Counted from the first letter of the stretch, positions 1 to 9,890 are shown. The stretch: DNA of 64,000 bases from an uncultured Clostridia bacterium (GCA_937896905.1 CALBOE010000009.1:43122-107121); one strand, 5' to 3'. Numbers and translations are program-made. The notes: generated by a model not told the origin, from the sequence alone.

Positions 1-487
1 CGTGTTCCAACATAAAACTGCTAACTTCTGCAACCTTAATACTGTTCTTATTTTCTAGCACAGCCCTAGAAAGCGGATATCCAATATTCCCGCAAGCAAT
101 CGCCTTGTGCTTTTGATTTAGCATTGCCTCCACAAGTTGAACTGTTGTGGTTTTGCCATTGGTGCCTGTTATTGCCACTAAATTATTGCAAAAAAGAGAG
201 GCAAATTCTAGTTCACTATAAATTTTAATGTTTGCTTTTCGTGCAAGTTCCAAGTTTGGATTATCTTTTGGAATGGCTGGCGAAACAATAATGCAATCAA
301 ACTGCCACATAAGATTTGCGTTTATTGCTGGAATAACAAAACAGTCGTTAAAAGTACGATTACTATATTTTTCTGCGTTGTCATCATACAAAAAAACATT
401 TGCCTTTTGCTTTCTTAACAACTTGCATGCCCATTGCCCAGACACGCTTAGCCCATAAACAAGAACATTTTTATTTTTAAATTTCAT
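1..487 (-). CDS. murD: UDP-N-acetylmuramoylalanine--D-glutamate ligase MurD, N-terminal part (gene continues past the left edge)
   Basis: Own minus-strand translation from ATG at 487: MKFKNKNVLVYGLSVSGQWACKLL... and in frame ...VAITGTNGKTTTVQLVEAM (Mur-ligase P-loop). Lies directly downstream of mraY as in dcw clusters. Absent from the ORF track because it is truncated. Confidence 0.8.
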   Translation of the reverse strand, partial: MKFKNKNVLVYGLSVSGQWACKLLRKQKANVFLYDDNAEKYSNRTFNDCFVIPAINANLMWQFDCIIVSPAIPKDNPNLELARKANIKIYSELEFASLFCNNLVAITGTNGKTTTVQLVEAMLNQKHKAIACGNIGYPLSRAVLENKNSIKVAEVSSFMLEH

Positions 488-526
488 ACACCACCTAAAA
501 TATTGTATTTTTATTATTTTTTAATA

Positions 527-1519
527 TTACAAAATATAAAAAATAAGGCACACCGCTCCCAAACATATTGTTGTTGCCGAATAAATTGCCACAATTTTTG
601 GCTCGCTTAAACCACTTAATTGCAAATGATGGTGAAATGGCGCCATTTTAAAAATACGTTTTGTTGTTAGTTTAAAACTTGCAACTTGCAAAATAACTGA
701 AATTGCAGAAAACACAAAACAAAAACCTAAAATGGGAATTAAAAGCTCTTGCCCCAACACGCACGCACTAGCACCAATAAACCCACCTAAGCAAAGCGAG
801 CCAGCATCTCCCATAAAAATGCTTGCCTTGTTCGTGTTAAACATTAAAAACCCTAAAATGCTGCCAGCAAACAACATTGCCAAAACATTAATATTTTCAA
901 TATTGGTTAAAATTGCCCCGGTTTCGCCAGCATTATATAATTTTGCCCCAAAAATTGATGTGCTTGCAACAAAAAAAATTAAATAAATTAAGGTTGTGCT
1001 GCCCGCAAGCCCGTCTAACCCATCTGTTAAATTCACGCTGTTTGTGGTGGCAATAAGCACCAACATTACCAGAGGAATAATAAAAAAATTTACATCTATT
1101 CCTTGCTTAGTAAAAGGTAAAAAGGTTTTTGTTAAATTGCTTGTTAAAAGAAAAATGCCAAAAATTAGCGAAATGCCAACTTGTCCTATAATTTTTTGAT
1201 ATGCCCTTAGCCCTAAATTTTGTTTAAACTTAATTTTAAGGTAATCGTCCATTAACCCTAGCACACCAAAAAACAAACTAACCATTAAAACAACCAGCCA
1301 AGTTACGTTGAACTTTAAAAAGAACAAAGGAAGAATTAGTATGCATAGCATAAAAACCACACCACCCATAGTTGGCGTTCCGTTTTTTTCTTTATGGTTT
1401 TCCACGTAACCCAATATGGTTTGTTCTGCCTTGTTGCGTTTTAGCAATTTAATTATTACAGGCATTAAACAAACCGACAAAAGAAAACTTGCAAGAAATG
1501 CTAAAAGCAATTTAATCAT
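527..1519 (-). CDS. mraY: phospho-N-acetylmuramoyl-pentapeptide transferase MraY
   Basis: 330-aa polytopic membrane protein with MraY blocks (TPTMGG, DDYLKI, NLTDGLDGLA, MGDAGSL, APFHHH). ATGA start/stop overlap with murE. Confidence 0.93.
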   Translation of the reverse strand: MIKLLLAFLASFLLSVCLMPVIIKLLKRNKAEQTILGYVENHKEKNGTPTMGGVVFMLCILILPLFFLKFNVTWLVVLMVSLFFGVLGLMDDYLKIKFKQNLGLRAYQKIIGQVGISLIFGIFLLTSNLTKTFLPFTKQGIDVNFFIIPLVMLVLIATTNSVNLTDGLDGLAGSTTLIYLIFFVASTSIFGAKLYNAGETGAILTNIENINVLAMLFAGSILGFLMFNTNKASIFMGDAGSLCLGGFIGASACVLGQELLIPILGFCFVFSAISVILQVASFKLTTKRIFKMAPFHHHLQLSGLSEPKIVAIYSATTICLGAVCLIFYIL

Positions 1520-2973
1520 ATTTGCGCTTCTTCCTTTTTAGGTTGTTTAAAAAAGTTGTCTACCACACTATAATCGCTATAGCGCATTTTAACACCTTTA
1601 ATTTCTTGATAGTTTTCTGCACCCTTACCTAAAATTGCAACAATATCATTTGGTTCGGCCTGCCTTAAAGCATATTCTATTGCCGTTTTTCTATCTGTTA
1701 TTCTAACAAAGTTTTTGAAGGTGTTACCACGCACAATGTCGTCTATGATAGTTTCGGGATTTTCGTTCCGCGGATTATCTGTTGTAACCACAACAAGAGA
1801 GCTTAATCCACTTGCAACCTGCCCCATTGCACTGCGTTTGGTTTTATCTCTATCGCCTCCACATCCAAACACGGTTATTATGTTGTTAATTGGAAGTTTT
1901 TTGATGGTTGAAAGAATGTTTCTAACTCCATCTGGCGTGTGAGCATAATCTATTATAACATTATAAGGTGCGTTTATGTTCAACACATTAAATCTGCCCG
2001 GCACCACAATTTCGGCTTTGTTAATAACCTTTAACACGTCTTTTATGTCTAACCCCATTTTTACAACAGTTGCAACCGCCACCATAACATTGCTTAGATT
2101 ATATTCTCCCATTAGGTTTGTGTGTCCACTATACTCTTTGTTGTTGAATTGCAACACAAAATCGGTTCCGTTTAATGTTAATGTGGACGATAACAATTTC
2201 AATTCGCCCTCTTTACCCACTGTGCACACTTCTATGGTGCTTTTTTTAATAATATCCTTAACCTGCTTTTGTTCGGCAACCGCCACTCCCTGCTTTGCGT
2301 GTTTAAAGTGAAACAAGCTTGCTTTGCATTTAATGTAATTTTCCATATTAATAAAAAAATCTAAATGGTCATTGGTTATATTGGTTAATCCCACCACGTC
2401 AAAATATATATTATCTATTTTGTTTAACGCTATTGCATGAGCACTAACTTCCATAATGCAATACTCGCACCCATTGTTTTCCATATCCTTTATGGTTTTA
2501 TGCAAATCTATTGGGTCTGGCGTGGTTAATGCGGACGGGAGCATAAGGTTATTTATATATATTCCTTCTGTTCCAATAAGCCCAACCCTTTTATTTAGCT
2601 TGGTTAAAATTTCCCTAATTATAAATGTGGTGGTTGTTTTACCATTTGTTCCTGTTATGCCAACAAACTTCATTTTCGATTTATATGTTTCAAAAAACAC
2701 CGAACTAATATAGCTCATTGCCCCACGCACATCTTCCACCAAAATTTGAGTTACGTCTAAATTTAAAAACCTTTCAACCACAAGGCATACTGCACCATTA
2801 TTAATGCTGGTTTGTGCAAAGTTATGTCCGTCGTGTTTTGCCCCCTTAATGCAAAAGAACATTCCGTTAGCACTTTTTTCTTGTGCGGTGCAGGTTAGGG
2901 CATCAATATCAATGTCCTTATAGTTTTTAATGCCAATAAATTTTAGGTTTGAAATTATTTCATAAAGTTTCAT
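1516..2973 (-). CDS. murE: UDP-N-acetylmuramoyl-L-alanyl-D-glutamate--2,6-diaminopimelate ligase MurE
   Basis: Mur ligase motifs (GITGTNGKTTT, DYAHTPDG) and a DNPR motif typical of meso-DAP-adding MurE. Start moved to the internal ATG at 2973 (MKLYEIISNL), preceded by GAGGTGG. The track ORF extends to 3030. Confidence 0.9.
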   Translation of the reverse strand: MKLYEIISNLKFIGIKNYKDIDIDALTCTAQEKSANGMFFCIKGAKHDGHNFAQTSINNGAVCLVVERFLNLDVTQILVEDVRGAMSYISSVFFETYKSKMKFVGITGTNGKTTTTFIIREILTKLNKRVGLIGTEGIYINNLMLPSALTTPDPIDLHKTIKDMENNGCEYCIMEVSAHAIALNKIDNIYFDVVGLTNITNDHLDFFINMENYIKCKASLFHFKHAKQGVAVAEQKQVKDIIKKSTIEVCTVGKEGELKLLSSTLTLNGTDFVLQFNNKEYSGHTNLMGEYNLSNVMVAVATVVKMGLDIKDVLKVINKAEIVVPGRFNVLNINAPYNVIIDYAHTPDGVRNILSTIKKLPINNIITVFGCGGDRDKTKRSAMGQVASGLSSLVVVTTDNPRNENPETIIDDIVRGNTFKNFVRITDRKTAIEYALRQAEPNDIVAILGKGAENYQEIKGVKMRYSDYSVVDNFFKQPKKEEAQI

Positions 2974-3103
2974 AGCCACCTCTACATTTAACTTTAGCAC
3001 TTTTCTTTTTGATAAAATATCCGCCACCAAAATAAGACAAAATTAGTTTAAAGCACCCATAAAGCACAAAAAAACCTACCAAGTAAGGTAGATTTAATAT
3101 TTA

Positions 3104-3454
3104 TTATCTTTCTAGTTCTAAACCCTTTTCTTTCCCTTTTTCTTTATGCAAATCTTCAACCGCACCCAAAACTAGACACAATTTTGCTTCTTCAATCTCT
3201 AATCTCTCTGGTGGCACTTTACCTGTTTCTATTCGTGTAATTATCTTATACGCTAATGTTTTAAGATATTCGCCACTATATGTTTTTAGTTGTTCATATA
3301 CCGTTTTACATTTAGGATTTTTAATGAGTTCTTTTAAATACTCTAATTCACCGCCTCCCTGTTCGCTTTCTAACACACTAGATGTTTGGGTGCCGAAGAA
3401 TGCATCTCTTAATCTTTGTAATTCTCCATTACTATTGTTTCCTACTGTTGACAC
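3104..3454 (-). CDS. hypothetical small soluble protein
   Basis: ORF between the PBP gene and murE. GTG at 3454 is preceded by AGAGGTG with a 6-nt spacer. No recognisable motif. Confidence 0.4.
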   Translation of the reverse strand: MSTVGNNSNGELQRLRDAFFGTQTSSVLESEQGGGELEYLKELIKNPKCKTVYEQLKTYSGEYLKTLAYKIITRIETGKVPPERLEIEEAKLCLVLGAVEDLHKEKGKEKGLELER

Positions 3455-3515
3455 ATTTATCACCTCTAATATTTTACATTGTATATCATCGTTTTTATTT
3501 TGTCAATAATCAAGT

Positions 3516-5420
3516 TTAATTTGTTATTAAAAACACAATTTCTCCCAAAAAGAGTTTTGTGCCAACTGGTGGCAACTGTAATGTTATATGTTGTCCTATT
3601 CCTTCAATTTGACTGTTTAACCCAATGGTTTTTAGTTTTGCGCTGGCTTCTGCAACTGTTAAACCTACCACATTTGGCATTTCTATTGTGGGCTTATTGG
3701 AAAGTTGATTTTCGTCGGTTGGGGGCAAAGCTTTTGTTTCGAAAATTCTGCTGAACACACGTTGACCAATTGGCTTTGCAACAACTCCACCGTAATACGC
3801 ACCAGCAGATGGCTCGTTAACGCAAATAATAAGCACATATTGAGGTTTTTGCGCTGGATATGTGCCAATAAACGAAGAAACATATTTACCCACCGCAATT
3901 TGCCCATTTTCGCCATATTTTTGTGCCGTGCCAGTTTTGCCACCCACGTCATATCCCGGAACAAAGGTTAAACCTCCTTCGCCGTTAACATTATTACTCA
4001 TCATTAAATTAATGTTAGATATTGTGCTTTGTTTAAGGTTAATTTGTGTTGGTGTGTTTTGGAACGAATATAATGTTTCAGTTTCTGTTTTGGCAGATTG
4101 CAACAAATGAGGTGTTATGTTATGCCCAGTGGCAATTTTTGCATATATATTTGCCATTTGCATTTGTGTTACCGCCACCGCATGCCCAAACCCTATTCTG
4201 GCCAAATCAACTCGCCTTACCTTGCTTTGCTTCATAACAATTCCGCTAGATTCACTGGCAATGTCTACCCCTGTTTTTTTGCCAATTCCAAATAGGGAAA
4301 GATATTCATAGTATTTTTCAACCCCTACCCTTATTGCAAGGTTAACAAACACACAGTTGCAACTAACTTTAAATGCTTCGGTTAAATTCAAACTTCCATG
4401 CCCCACACTTCGCCAACACTTTATTCGTTCGCCATCAACCATGCAACTACCGCCACAATAAAATCTTTCTTCTGGGTTGGTTAAACCTTCATTCAAAGCT
4501 GCTGCAAGAGTTATAAGCTTAAATGTGCTTCCCGGCTCGTAAACATCAACCACGGTGATGTTTTTAGTTAGTTGTTGAAGCAAGGCAAGATTGTTTCGTG
4601 GCACTTCGTTTAAGTTAAAACTTGGCAAACAACTCATTGCTTTAATTCCTCCGGTTTGTGCATCTAGCAAAATTCCGCTAACACCAAGCGCTTTATGTTC
4701 CTTATATCCAACTTCTAGTTCTTGCTCTAGAATTGCTTGCATTTGAACATCTATTGTTGTTCTTAAATTTGCACCCGGAATGCTCGGAACATAATATGTT
4801 AAAGTGTTTTCTATTTCTTTTCCTTGTGCATTGGTTTGCGTTAAGGCTTTACCCTTAACGCCTTTTAGATATTTATTATAATAACTTTCAAGCCCGGCTT
4901 GCCCAATATTATCTATTGTGCAATAGCCCAACACCTGCGTTAAAAGGTTGGAATATGGGTACACTCTTGCAACGTTTTGCGATAAATAAACCCCTTTAAA
5001 CTTTGCAAGCTTAAGAGCAACGTCTTCCTTAACTTGCATTTTAATTAGCACTTCGCTTAACCCTTTGTTGGTAATTTTTTGGTAAGCCACATCATAATCC
5101 ATTTTTAAATAAGTGTTAATAACGCTTGCAAGTTCTGCTGCATTTTCCACATTCCTAGCCCTAACGTAAACATCATACGTAGTTATTGTTGTTGCCAAGC
5201 TTACACCATTGCAATCAGTTATTTCGCCACGCTTGCTGCTTAAAGGTAAATCTCTTAACCATTGGTCTACCGCAAGCGCTTGCAAGTGCCTTCCGTTAAC
5301 AATTTGCAAATAAAAAACTCTGCCCAGCAAAGCCACAAAAAGAGTTAAAAAAATTAAAATTACGGCAATAAAGCGTTTTTGCAACGAATGTAAATTATAG
5401 AAACTTTTAAATTTCTTCAT
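3516..5420 (-). CDS. class B penicillin-binding protein (FtsI/PBP2B/SpoVD type) with C-terminal PASTA domain
   Basis: N-terminal TM anchor and transpeptidase motifs (STFK, SCN, KTGTA). C-terminal PASTA-like segment (MPNVVGLTVAEASAKLKTIGL). dcw position. Confidence 0.9.
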   Translation of the reverse strand: MKKFKSFYNLHSLQKRFIAVILIFLTLFVALLGRVFYLQIVNGRHLQALAVDQWLRDLPLSSKRGEITDCNGVSLATTITTYDVYVRARNVENAAELASVINTYLKMDYDVAYQKITNKGLSEVLIKMQVKEDVALKLAKFKGVYLSQNVARVYPYSNLLTQVLGYCTIDNIGQAGLESYYNKYLKGVKGKALTQTNAQGKEIENTLTYYVPSIPGANLRTTIDVQMQAILEQELEVGYKEHKALGVSGILLDAQTGGIKAMSCLPSFNLNEVPRNNLALLQQLTKNITVVDVYEPGSTFKLITLAAALNEGLTNPEERFYCGGSCMVDGERIKCWRSVGHGSLNLTEAFKVSCNCVFVNLAIRVGVEKYYEYLSLFGIGKKTGVDIASESSGIVMKQSKVRRVDLARIGFGHAVAVTQMQMANIYAKIATGHNITPHLLQSAKTETETLYSFQNTPTQINLKQSTISNINLMMSNNVNGEGGLTFVPGYDVGGKTGTAQKYGENGQIAVGKYVSSFIGTYPAQKPQYVLIICVNEPSAGAYYGGVVAKPIGQRVFSRIFETKALPPTDENQLSNKPTIEMPNVVGLTVAEASAKLKTIGLNSQIEGIGQHITLQLPPVGTKLFLGEIVFLITN

Positions 5421-5460
5421 AATTTACTATATTAAATCTAATACTCTTTTATGAAACAGC

Positions 5461-5486
5461 AATAAAAAAAGAGCAAGTTGCTCTTT
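5461..5486 (-). terminator. rho-independent terminator after the WG-repeat gene pair
   Basis: Hairpin AAAGAGC/GCTCTTT with a 5-nt loop, followed on the minus strand by a T-run. Sits between the second WG gene and the PBP gene. Confidence 0.6.
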
Positions 5487-5514
5487 AAAAATCTACAAAT
5501 AATCTTTATGGTTT

Positions 5515-6156
5515 TTAAGTTTGAAAGAATTTATCTATTGATGCTAAAACCTTCTCAACTGCCTTAATTTTGTTCTTCTGATTTATAATTTCATCACTTT
5601 TCTTTTTGCTGCTAGCGGTAATTGATTCTATTTCGTCTGGATTTGTTGTGGCACTTAAAGCTTTTTCTGTTCTAAATTTTAAAACTTTTAAAGCATCTAA
5701 GCAGGCAATTTCGCTTGTTAGATTGTATATTCGTAATCTGTCAATATCGTCCAGCTCGCTTGGCGTGTAGAATCTAAATGACGCAAGGGCTTCTCCGTTT
5801 GCCTTAATTAAACCGCGTCTGTTGCCAATTTCTGCCTGAGCAAGGCCATCATGGAAGTTGCCAGCGTTAGTGTAATCGCAATTGATAACTAACTCACCCT
5901 TTTCGTTAATATAACCATAGTGCCCTTTTGCTTGATGCCCTAATCTTACGCTTGCTAAACCTTCGTGAAAATATCTCATTGCGTTATATATGCAAGGAAC
6001 TAACTCTTTGCCGTCTGCCGCGTTTAAGCCATACAAATTATCCTTCATAACCATAACAAGTCCATTATCTAACTTTTCGATATATTCATACCCATTGTTA
6101 CCCTGTTCAGTTTCTTGCAACGGTTGTTTTGTTATCATTTCCCTAATTAACCCCAT
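5515..6156 (-). CDS. WG-repeat (KWG-type) protein with helical C-terminal tail
   Basis: Repeated units of the form G-x-(I/V)-N/D-x-x-G-x-x-(V/I)-x-x-C-x-Y-x-x-x-x-x-F-x-(D/E)-GLA, e.g. YGYINEKGELVINCDYTNAGNFHDGLAQ. AGGAGAA RBS. No signal peptide. Confidence 0.7.
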   Translation of the reverse strand: MGLIREMITKQPLQETEQGNNGYEYIEKLDNGLVMVMKDNLYGLNAADGKELVPCIYNAMRYFHEGLASVRLGHQAKGHYGYINEKGELVINCDYTNAGNFHDGLAQAEIGNRRGLIKANGEALASFRFYTPSELDDIDRLRIYNLTSEIACLDALKVLKFRTEKALSATTNPDEIESITASSKKKSDEIINQKNKIKAVEKVLASIDKFFQT

Positions 6157-6215
6157 GTTTTCTCCTTAATTTTAACTTTTGTAAGTGTGTCAAAGCTGAT
6201 TTTTAACTTTAATAA

Positions 6216-6923
6216 CTAAATTGTGTTGGCATCTACTTCTAAAGCAGCTTTAATTGTTGCGTCTATTTGATTAATTGCATCTGACTTATTGCTTTCTGCC
6301 CTAGCCCTTGACTGCGCCTCTTGAATTATTCTTGTTTTTACTTTTAACACAGCGCTCGCATCTTCTTTTGCTGATGCAATAATTTCCGCTTGCCTAGCCA
6401 TATCTATGCCCGGCCTGTTTAAATCATATGTTGCACGATGCTGTATAAGCAACAAATATGCATTGCGGTCTTCGGTTGTTGTCAATGCGAATCTACGCAA
6501 ACTAGGGTCCCTACACTCTAATGGTTTGTTTAAAGTGCAAGGTATAATTTCTTTGCCCGTGATATCAATGCCTCCCCATTTACCATCTAATTTAACCCAA
6601 GCAAGGCCCTTTCTAAATGCAAAAATATCTTCGTATTTGCATTCAATAACTTCTGTGCCAATAACGTCCACCACGCCCCAGTAATCACCATAACGAACAC
6701 AAGCATAGCCGTCTATGAAAGAATTGACACTATCGTATTTACATTCAACAACTTCTGTTCCTTCTTGATTAACAAATCCAAAACAAACTTTTTTGTTGTT
6801 GATTTTGCTTGCATTTGTTTGATTATATCGGCTCGCCATAGCAAGTCCATCTATGTTGTGGCTGCCCATCGTAAGATATGGCTTAACTCCAACTTTATGT
6901 AACAATGTGGTTAACAAATTCAT
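6216..6923 (-). CDS. WG-repeat (KWG-type) protein with helical C-terminal tail
   Basis: FGFVNQEGTEVVECKYDSVNSFIDGYA, YWGVVDVIGTEVIECKYEDIFAFRKGLA and KWGGIDITGKEIIPC repeats. GGGGAGAAG RBS. No signal peptide. Confidence 0.7.
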   Translation of the reverse strand: MNLLTTLLHKVGVKPYLTMGSHNIDGLAMASRYNQTNASKINNKKVCFGFVNQEGTEVVECKYDSVNSFIDGYACVRYGDYWGVVDVIGTEVIECKYEDIFAFRKGLAWVKLDGKWGGIDITGKEIIPCTLNKPLECRDPSLRRFALTTTEDRNAYLLLIQHRATYDLNRPGIDMARQAEIIASAKEDASAVLKVKTRIIQEAQSRARAESNKSDAINQIDATIKAALEVDANTI

Positions 6924-6959
6924 AATTTCTTCTCCCCATAAAAAATGTGCATACGTTAA

Positions 6960-6987
6960 AGTGTAGCACAGTTTTTCAATTTGTCAA
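6960..6987 (-). promoter_or_regulatory. sigma-A-type promoter of the WG-repeat pair
   Basis: Minus strand reads TTGACA, 16 nt, TGC-TACACT (extended -10), about 35 nt upstream of the 6923 start. Confidence 0.45.
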
Positions 6988-7004
6988 TAGGCGGAAGAGA
7001 AATT

Positions 7005-7541
7005 CTACCCAAATAAGTTTCTAAATACTATTGTTAATTTATCTAAAAAAGTTAATTCTTGTTGGTCATCGTCATAATCTCTTGGCACATTCAAAACAAC
7101 TTCAATTGGCGGACCTTCTAGCTCAGCTTCTGGCGTTGCATTTTGAATTTCGTCTACCAAGTCGTACTGCATGTTTTGAATTGTTTCTGTGTTGGAATTA
7201 ATGTCCTTGCTTAAAACGGCAAGAGTTATTGCATTAATGCCAACAAATACAAACAATAAGGTTGCCACAACCGCATAAACTGACGTTAACAGTTTAATCC
7301 GTTTTTTAGTGTGTTCTTTATGCTTATCTTCCTTTTTTGCAAAGGTTTTATGTTCAAAATCCGCCCCGGGTTGAACTTGTTTTAGGCCTTGCAAAGTTTG
7401 AGTTTGTGCCGATTTAATTTCTTTTTCACTTTTAAGCAAATCTTCTAGGCGTGGAAAATCTTCAAGAGAAACCTTTTCTTGCTTAACCTCACTTTCGGTG
7501 GCAGTTTGTGTTGCCGTTAATGTTTGCCTGTTTAGTTCCAT
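7005..7541 (-). CDS. single-pass membrane protein, FtsL-like by position
   Basis: 178 aa: polar/charged N-terminus, one TM helix (LLTSVYAVVATLLFVFVGINAITLAVL), short extracytoplasmic tail. Directly after rsmH (TAATG overlap), where ftsL normally sits. Confidence 0.4.
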   Translation of the reverse strand: MELNRQTLTATQTATESEVKQEKVSLEDFPRLEDLLKSEKEIKSAQTQTLQGLKQVQPGADFEHKTFAKKEDKHKEHTKKRIKLLTSVYAVVATLLFVFVGINAITLAVLSKDINSNTETIQNMQYDLVDEIQNATPEAELEGPPIEVVLNVPRDYDDDQQELTFLDKLTIVFRNLFG

Positions 7542-8467
7542 TACAATTTTTCCGCAATCCTCAATTTTGCACTAGCCGAACGGCTGTTACTTAACAATTC
7601 GTTTTCGCTTGGAATTATGGGGTGTTTTGTAATTAGATTAATGTCTGCCTTATGTTTGCAAACACACATTGGGATTCTTGGTGGGCAAATGCAATTTGTG
7701 GCATGCAACTTAAAGGTGTTTTTAACAATTCTATCTTCCAGCGGATGGAATGTTATTACACATAATCTACCATTTTTTTTAAGTTTTTGCAACATTTTTT
7801 CAATTGAAATTGGCAAATCGTTCAGTTCATTGTTAACCTCAATTCTAATTGCCTGAAACGCCTTATTGCACAAACTTGGCTTATTCTGGAATTTTGGTGG
7901 ATAGCTGGAAACAACAATGTCCCTTAATTGGAAAGTTGTAGTAATTGGTTGTTTTTCTCTTAATTTTACAATTTTACGTGCAATTTGGCGAGCATTTTTT
8001 TCTTCGCCATATGTAAACAAAATTCTGGCAAGTTCTTCTTCTGTGTAGTTGTTAATAACATATTCCGCGTCTAGCGGTTGAGTTTTATTCATTCGCATAT
8101 CCAACCTAGAGTTAAACTTAAAACTAAATCCCCTTTCGGCAGTGTCTATTTGATAACTGCTAACACCCAAATCTGCCAAAATGCCATCAACCGCCTGTAT
8201 ATTTAACTCGTTCAAAACCCTATCGATATCTGCAAAGTTTTCGTTAACGAAAATAACATTTTTATAATCTTTTAGCCTATTTTTTGCAACGGTTAAAGCA
8301 TCTGTGTCTTTATCAAAGCATATCAATTTGCCAGTGGTTAATCTTTTGGCAATTTCCATTGAATGGCCAGCACCCCCTGTTGTGCAATCAACGTAAAAAC
8401 CATCTGGGCGAATGTTAAGCCCATCTATGCTTTCCTGTTTTAAAACTGAAATATGATTAAATTCCAT
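7541..8467 (-). CDS. rsmH: 16S rRNA (cytosine1402-N4)-methyltransferase RsmH (MraW)
   Basis: HISVLKQE, DCTTGGAGHS, DLGVSSYQ and AFQAIRIEVNNEL blocks. Confidence 0.93.
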   Translation of the reverse strand: MEFNHISVLKQESIDGLNIRPDGFYVDCTTGGAGHSMEIAKRLTTGKLICFDKDTDALTVAKNRLKDYKNVIFVNENFADIDRVLNELNIQAVDGILADLGVSSYQIDTAERGFSFKFNSRLDMRMNKTQPLDAEYVINNYTEEELARILFTYGEEKNARQIARKIVKLREKQPITTTFQLRDIVVSSYPPKFQNKPSLCNKAFQAIRIEVNNELNDLPISIEKMLQKLKKNGRLCVITFHPLEDRIVKNTFKLHATNCICPPRIPMCVCKHKADINLITKHPIIPSENELLSNSRSASAKLRIAEKL

Positions 8468-8474
8468 TTTTCTC

Positions 8475-9188
8475 CTAATACACTTGAATTAAGGTGTTTT
8501 TAACGGCATCACAACTTGTTAAATAATACTTAATTCCATTAATTTCGTTATACAACATTTTAGGGTTAACATAACCATGCAGATGCCCAAAAATAACACT
8601 ATCAACACCATAGTTTTCTAACATTCTAGTAAACTCGCTTGGTTCAACCTTATTATTAAAAGGTGGGTAGTGAGTTATGAACACGATTTTTTCGTTATTA
8701 GTTTGAAGTTTTTTTGCCTGAATTAAGGACATTTCCAACCTTATAATTTCTCTTGCATAAATTTTGCGATTTTCTTCTGTATCCTGCTTGCCTTCTGGAA
8801 TAAGCCAGCCACGATTTCCGCAAAAAATATATTCCCCAATTTTAACAGCATCATTTTGAAGCGCATATGTGCTTGTTGGCAAGTTTTCCCTAACTTGTTT
8901 TAAACTGCTCCACCAATAGTCGTGATTTCCGCGAATGATAATTTTTGTGCCCGGCAATGTGTTTAAAAATTCGAAATCCGCCACCACATTTTCTAGTTTC
9001 ATTGCCCAAGAATAATCGCCAGCCAAAACAACAACATCTTCTGCCGCAACTTTTGCTTTCCAGTCGGCCACAATTTTATCTAGGTAATTGTGCCAAACGG
9101 GGCCAAATATGTCCATTGGCTTTGTGTTGTTAATATCCAAATGCAGATCACTAATTGAAAATACCTTCATATTATTTAAGTTTAACAT
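8475..9188 (-). CDS. calcineurin-like metallophosphoesterase
   Basis: SDLHL, GDYSW, GNHDYWW, THYPP and GHLHG metal-binding blocks. Ends 7 nt upstream of rsmH, in the place usually held by mraZ. Confidence 0.75.
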   Translation of the reverse strand: MLNLNNMKVFSISDLHLDINNTKPMDIFGPVWHNYLDKIVADWKAKVAAEDVVVLAGDYSWAMKLENVVADFEFLNTLPGTKIIIRGNHDYWWSSLKQVRENLPTSTYALQNDAVKIGEYIFCGNRGWLIPEGKQDTEENRKIYAREIIRLEMSLIQAKKLQTNNEKIVFITHYPPFNNKVEPSEFTRMLENYGVDSVIFGHLHGYVNPKMLYNEINGIKYYLTSCDAVKNTLIQVY

Positions 9189-9293
9189 TTTTTCTGCTGT
9201 TAGTCAACAAAAAAGATTGCCACAGGCAAAGGGCTCGCATTAATAAGGGGGTTTATTATGCGAAAATGTTTAACCTTTCGTAGCAATCATACT

Positions 9294-9890
9294 TTAAATC
9301 TTTTTTTGTTTTGCCAAATTACGTTTATAAAGCGCCATAAGTTTTGGGCGGTTATATCTTTGCACAATAACTGGCAGAATGTTCATTATAATGTTAACAA
9401 TCATAAGTGGCAAACCAACCACGACAAATATATCCGTGTAAATAAATATCACAAACAAACTGAATATTGCACTTAGCCAATGCATAAGTTCGGCAATAAC
9501 CGTTTCTTGCATAAATAGGAAAATGTAGTCATTGTTAGATTTATCCGCCACCTCTCTTTTGGAAAAACCCGCCAAACTTCCGCCGTTTTCTGGAATAATA
9601 TCTTTCCAAACCTTAACACAAAGTTTAAGGTGCAACTTTTTCTCCCAACCTGCAACATGATATATTTTATGCAACGGATTAACCAGTTTTTTTGGCAAAA
9701 CTCTTATTGTTAGTGCACATACAGCATCAATAATAAATAACGCTAAAAATGTAAGCCCCACTGCAAGTGCAACATCAAGTCCCGTTGCTCCCAAAAAAGG
9801 CACACCAAAATTTAAACCAAGCGTGCAAGCAACCAACAATCCTAGTGCAATTAAACAAACGTATAATATCATATAAATATAAAATAACAT
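9294..9890 (-). CDS. membrane protein, glycosyl-4,4'-diaponeurosporenoate acyltransferase (CrtO-like) family
   Basis: Several TM helices. The ETVIAELMHW and C-terminal QRYNRPKL blocks resemble the CrtO-like family as I remember it. Confidence 0.5.
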   Translation of the reverse strand: MLFYIYMILYVCLIALGLLVACTLGLNFGVPFLGATGLDVALAVGLTFLALFIIDAVCALTIRVLPKKLVNPLHKIYHVAGWEKKLHLKLCVKVWKDIIPENGGSLAGFSKREVADKSNNDYIFLFMQETVIAELMHWLSAIFSLFVIFIYTDIFVVVGLPLMIVNIIMNILPVIVQRYNRPKLMALYKRNLAKQKKI

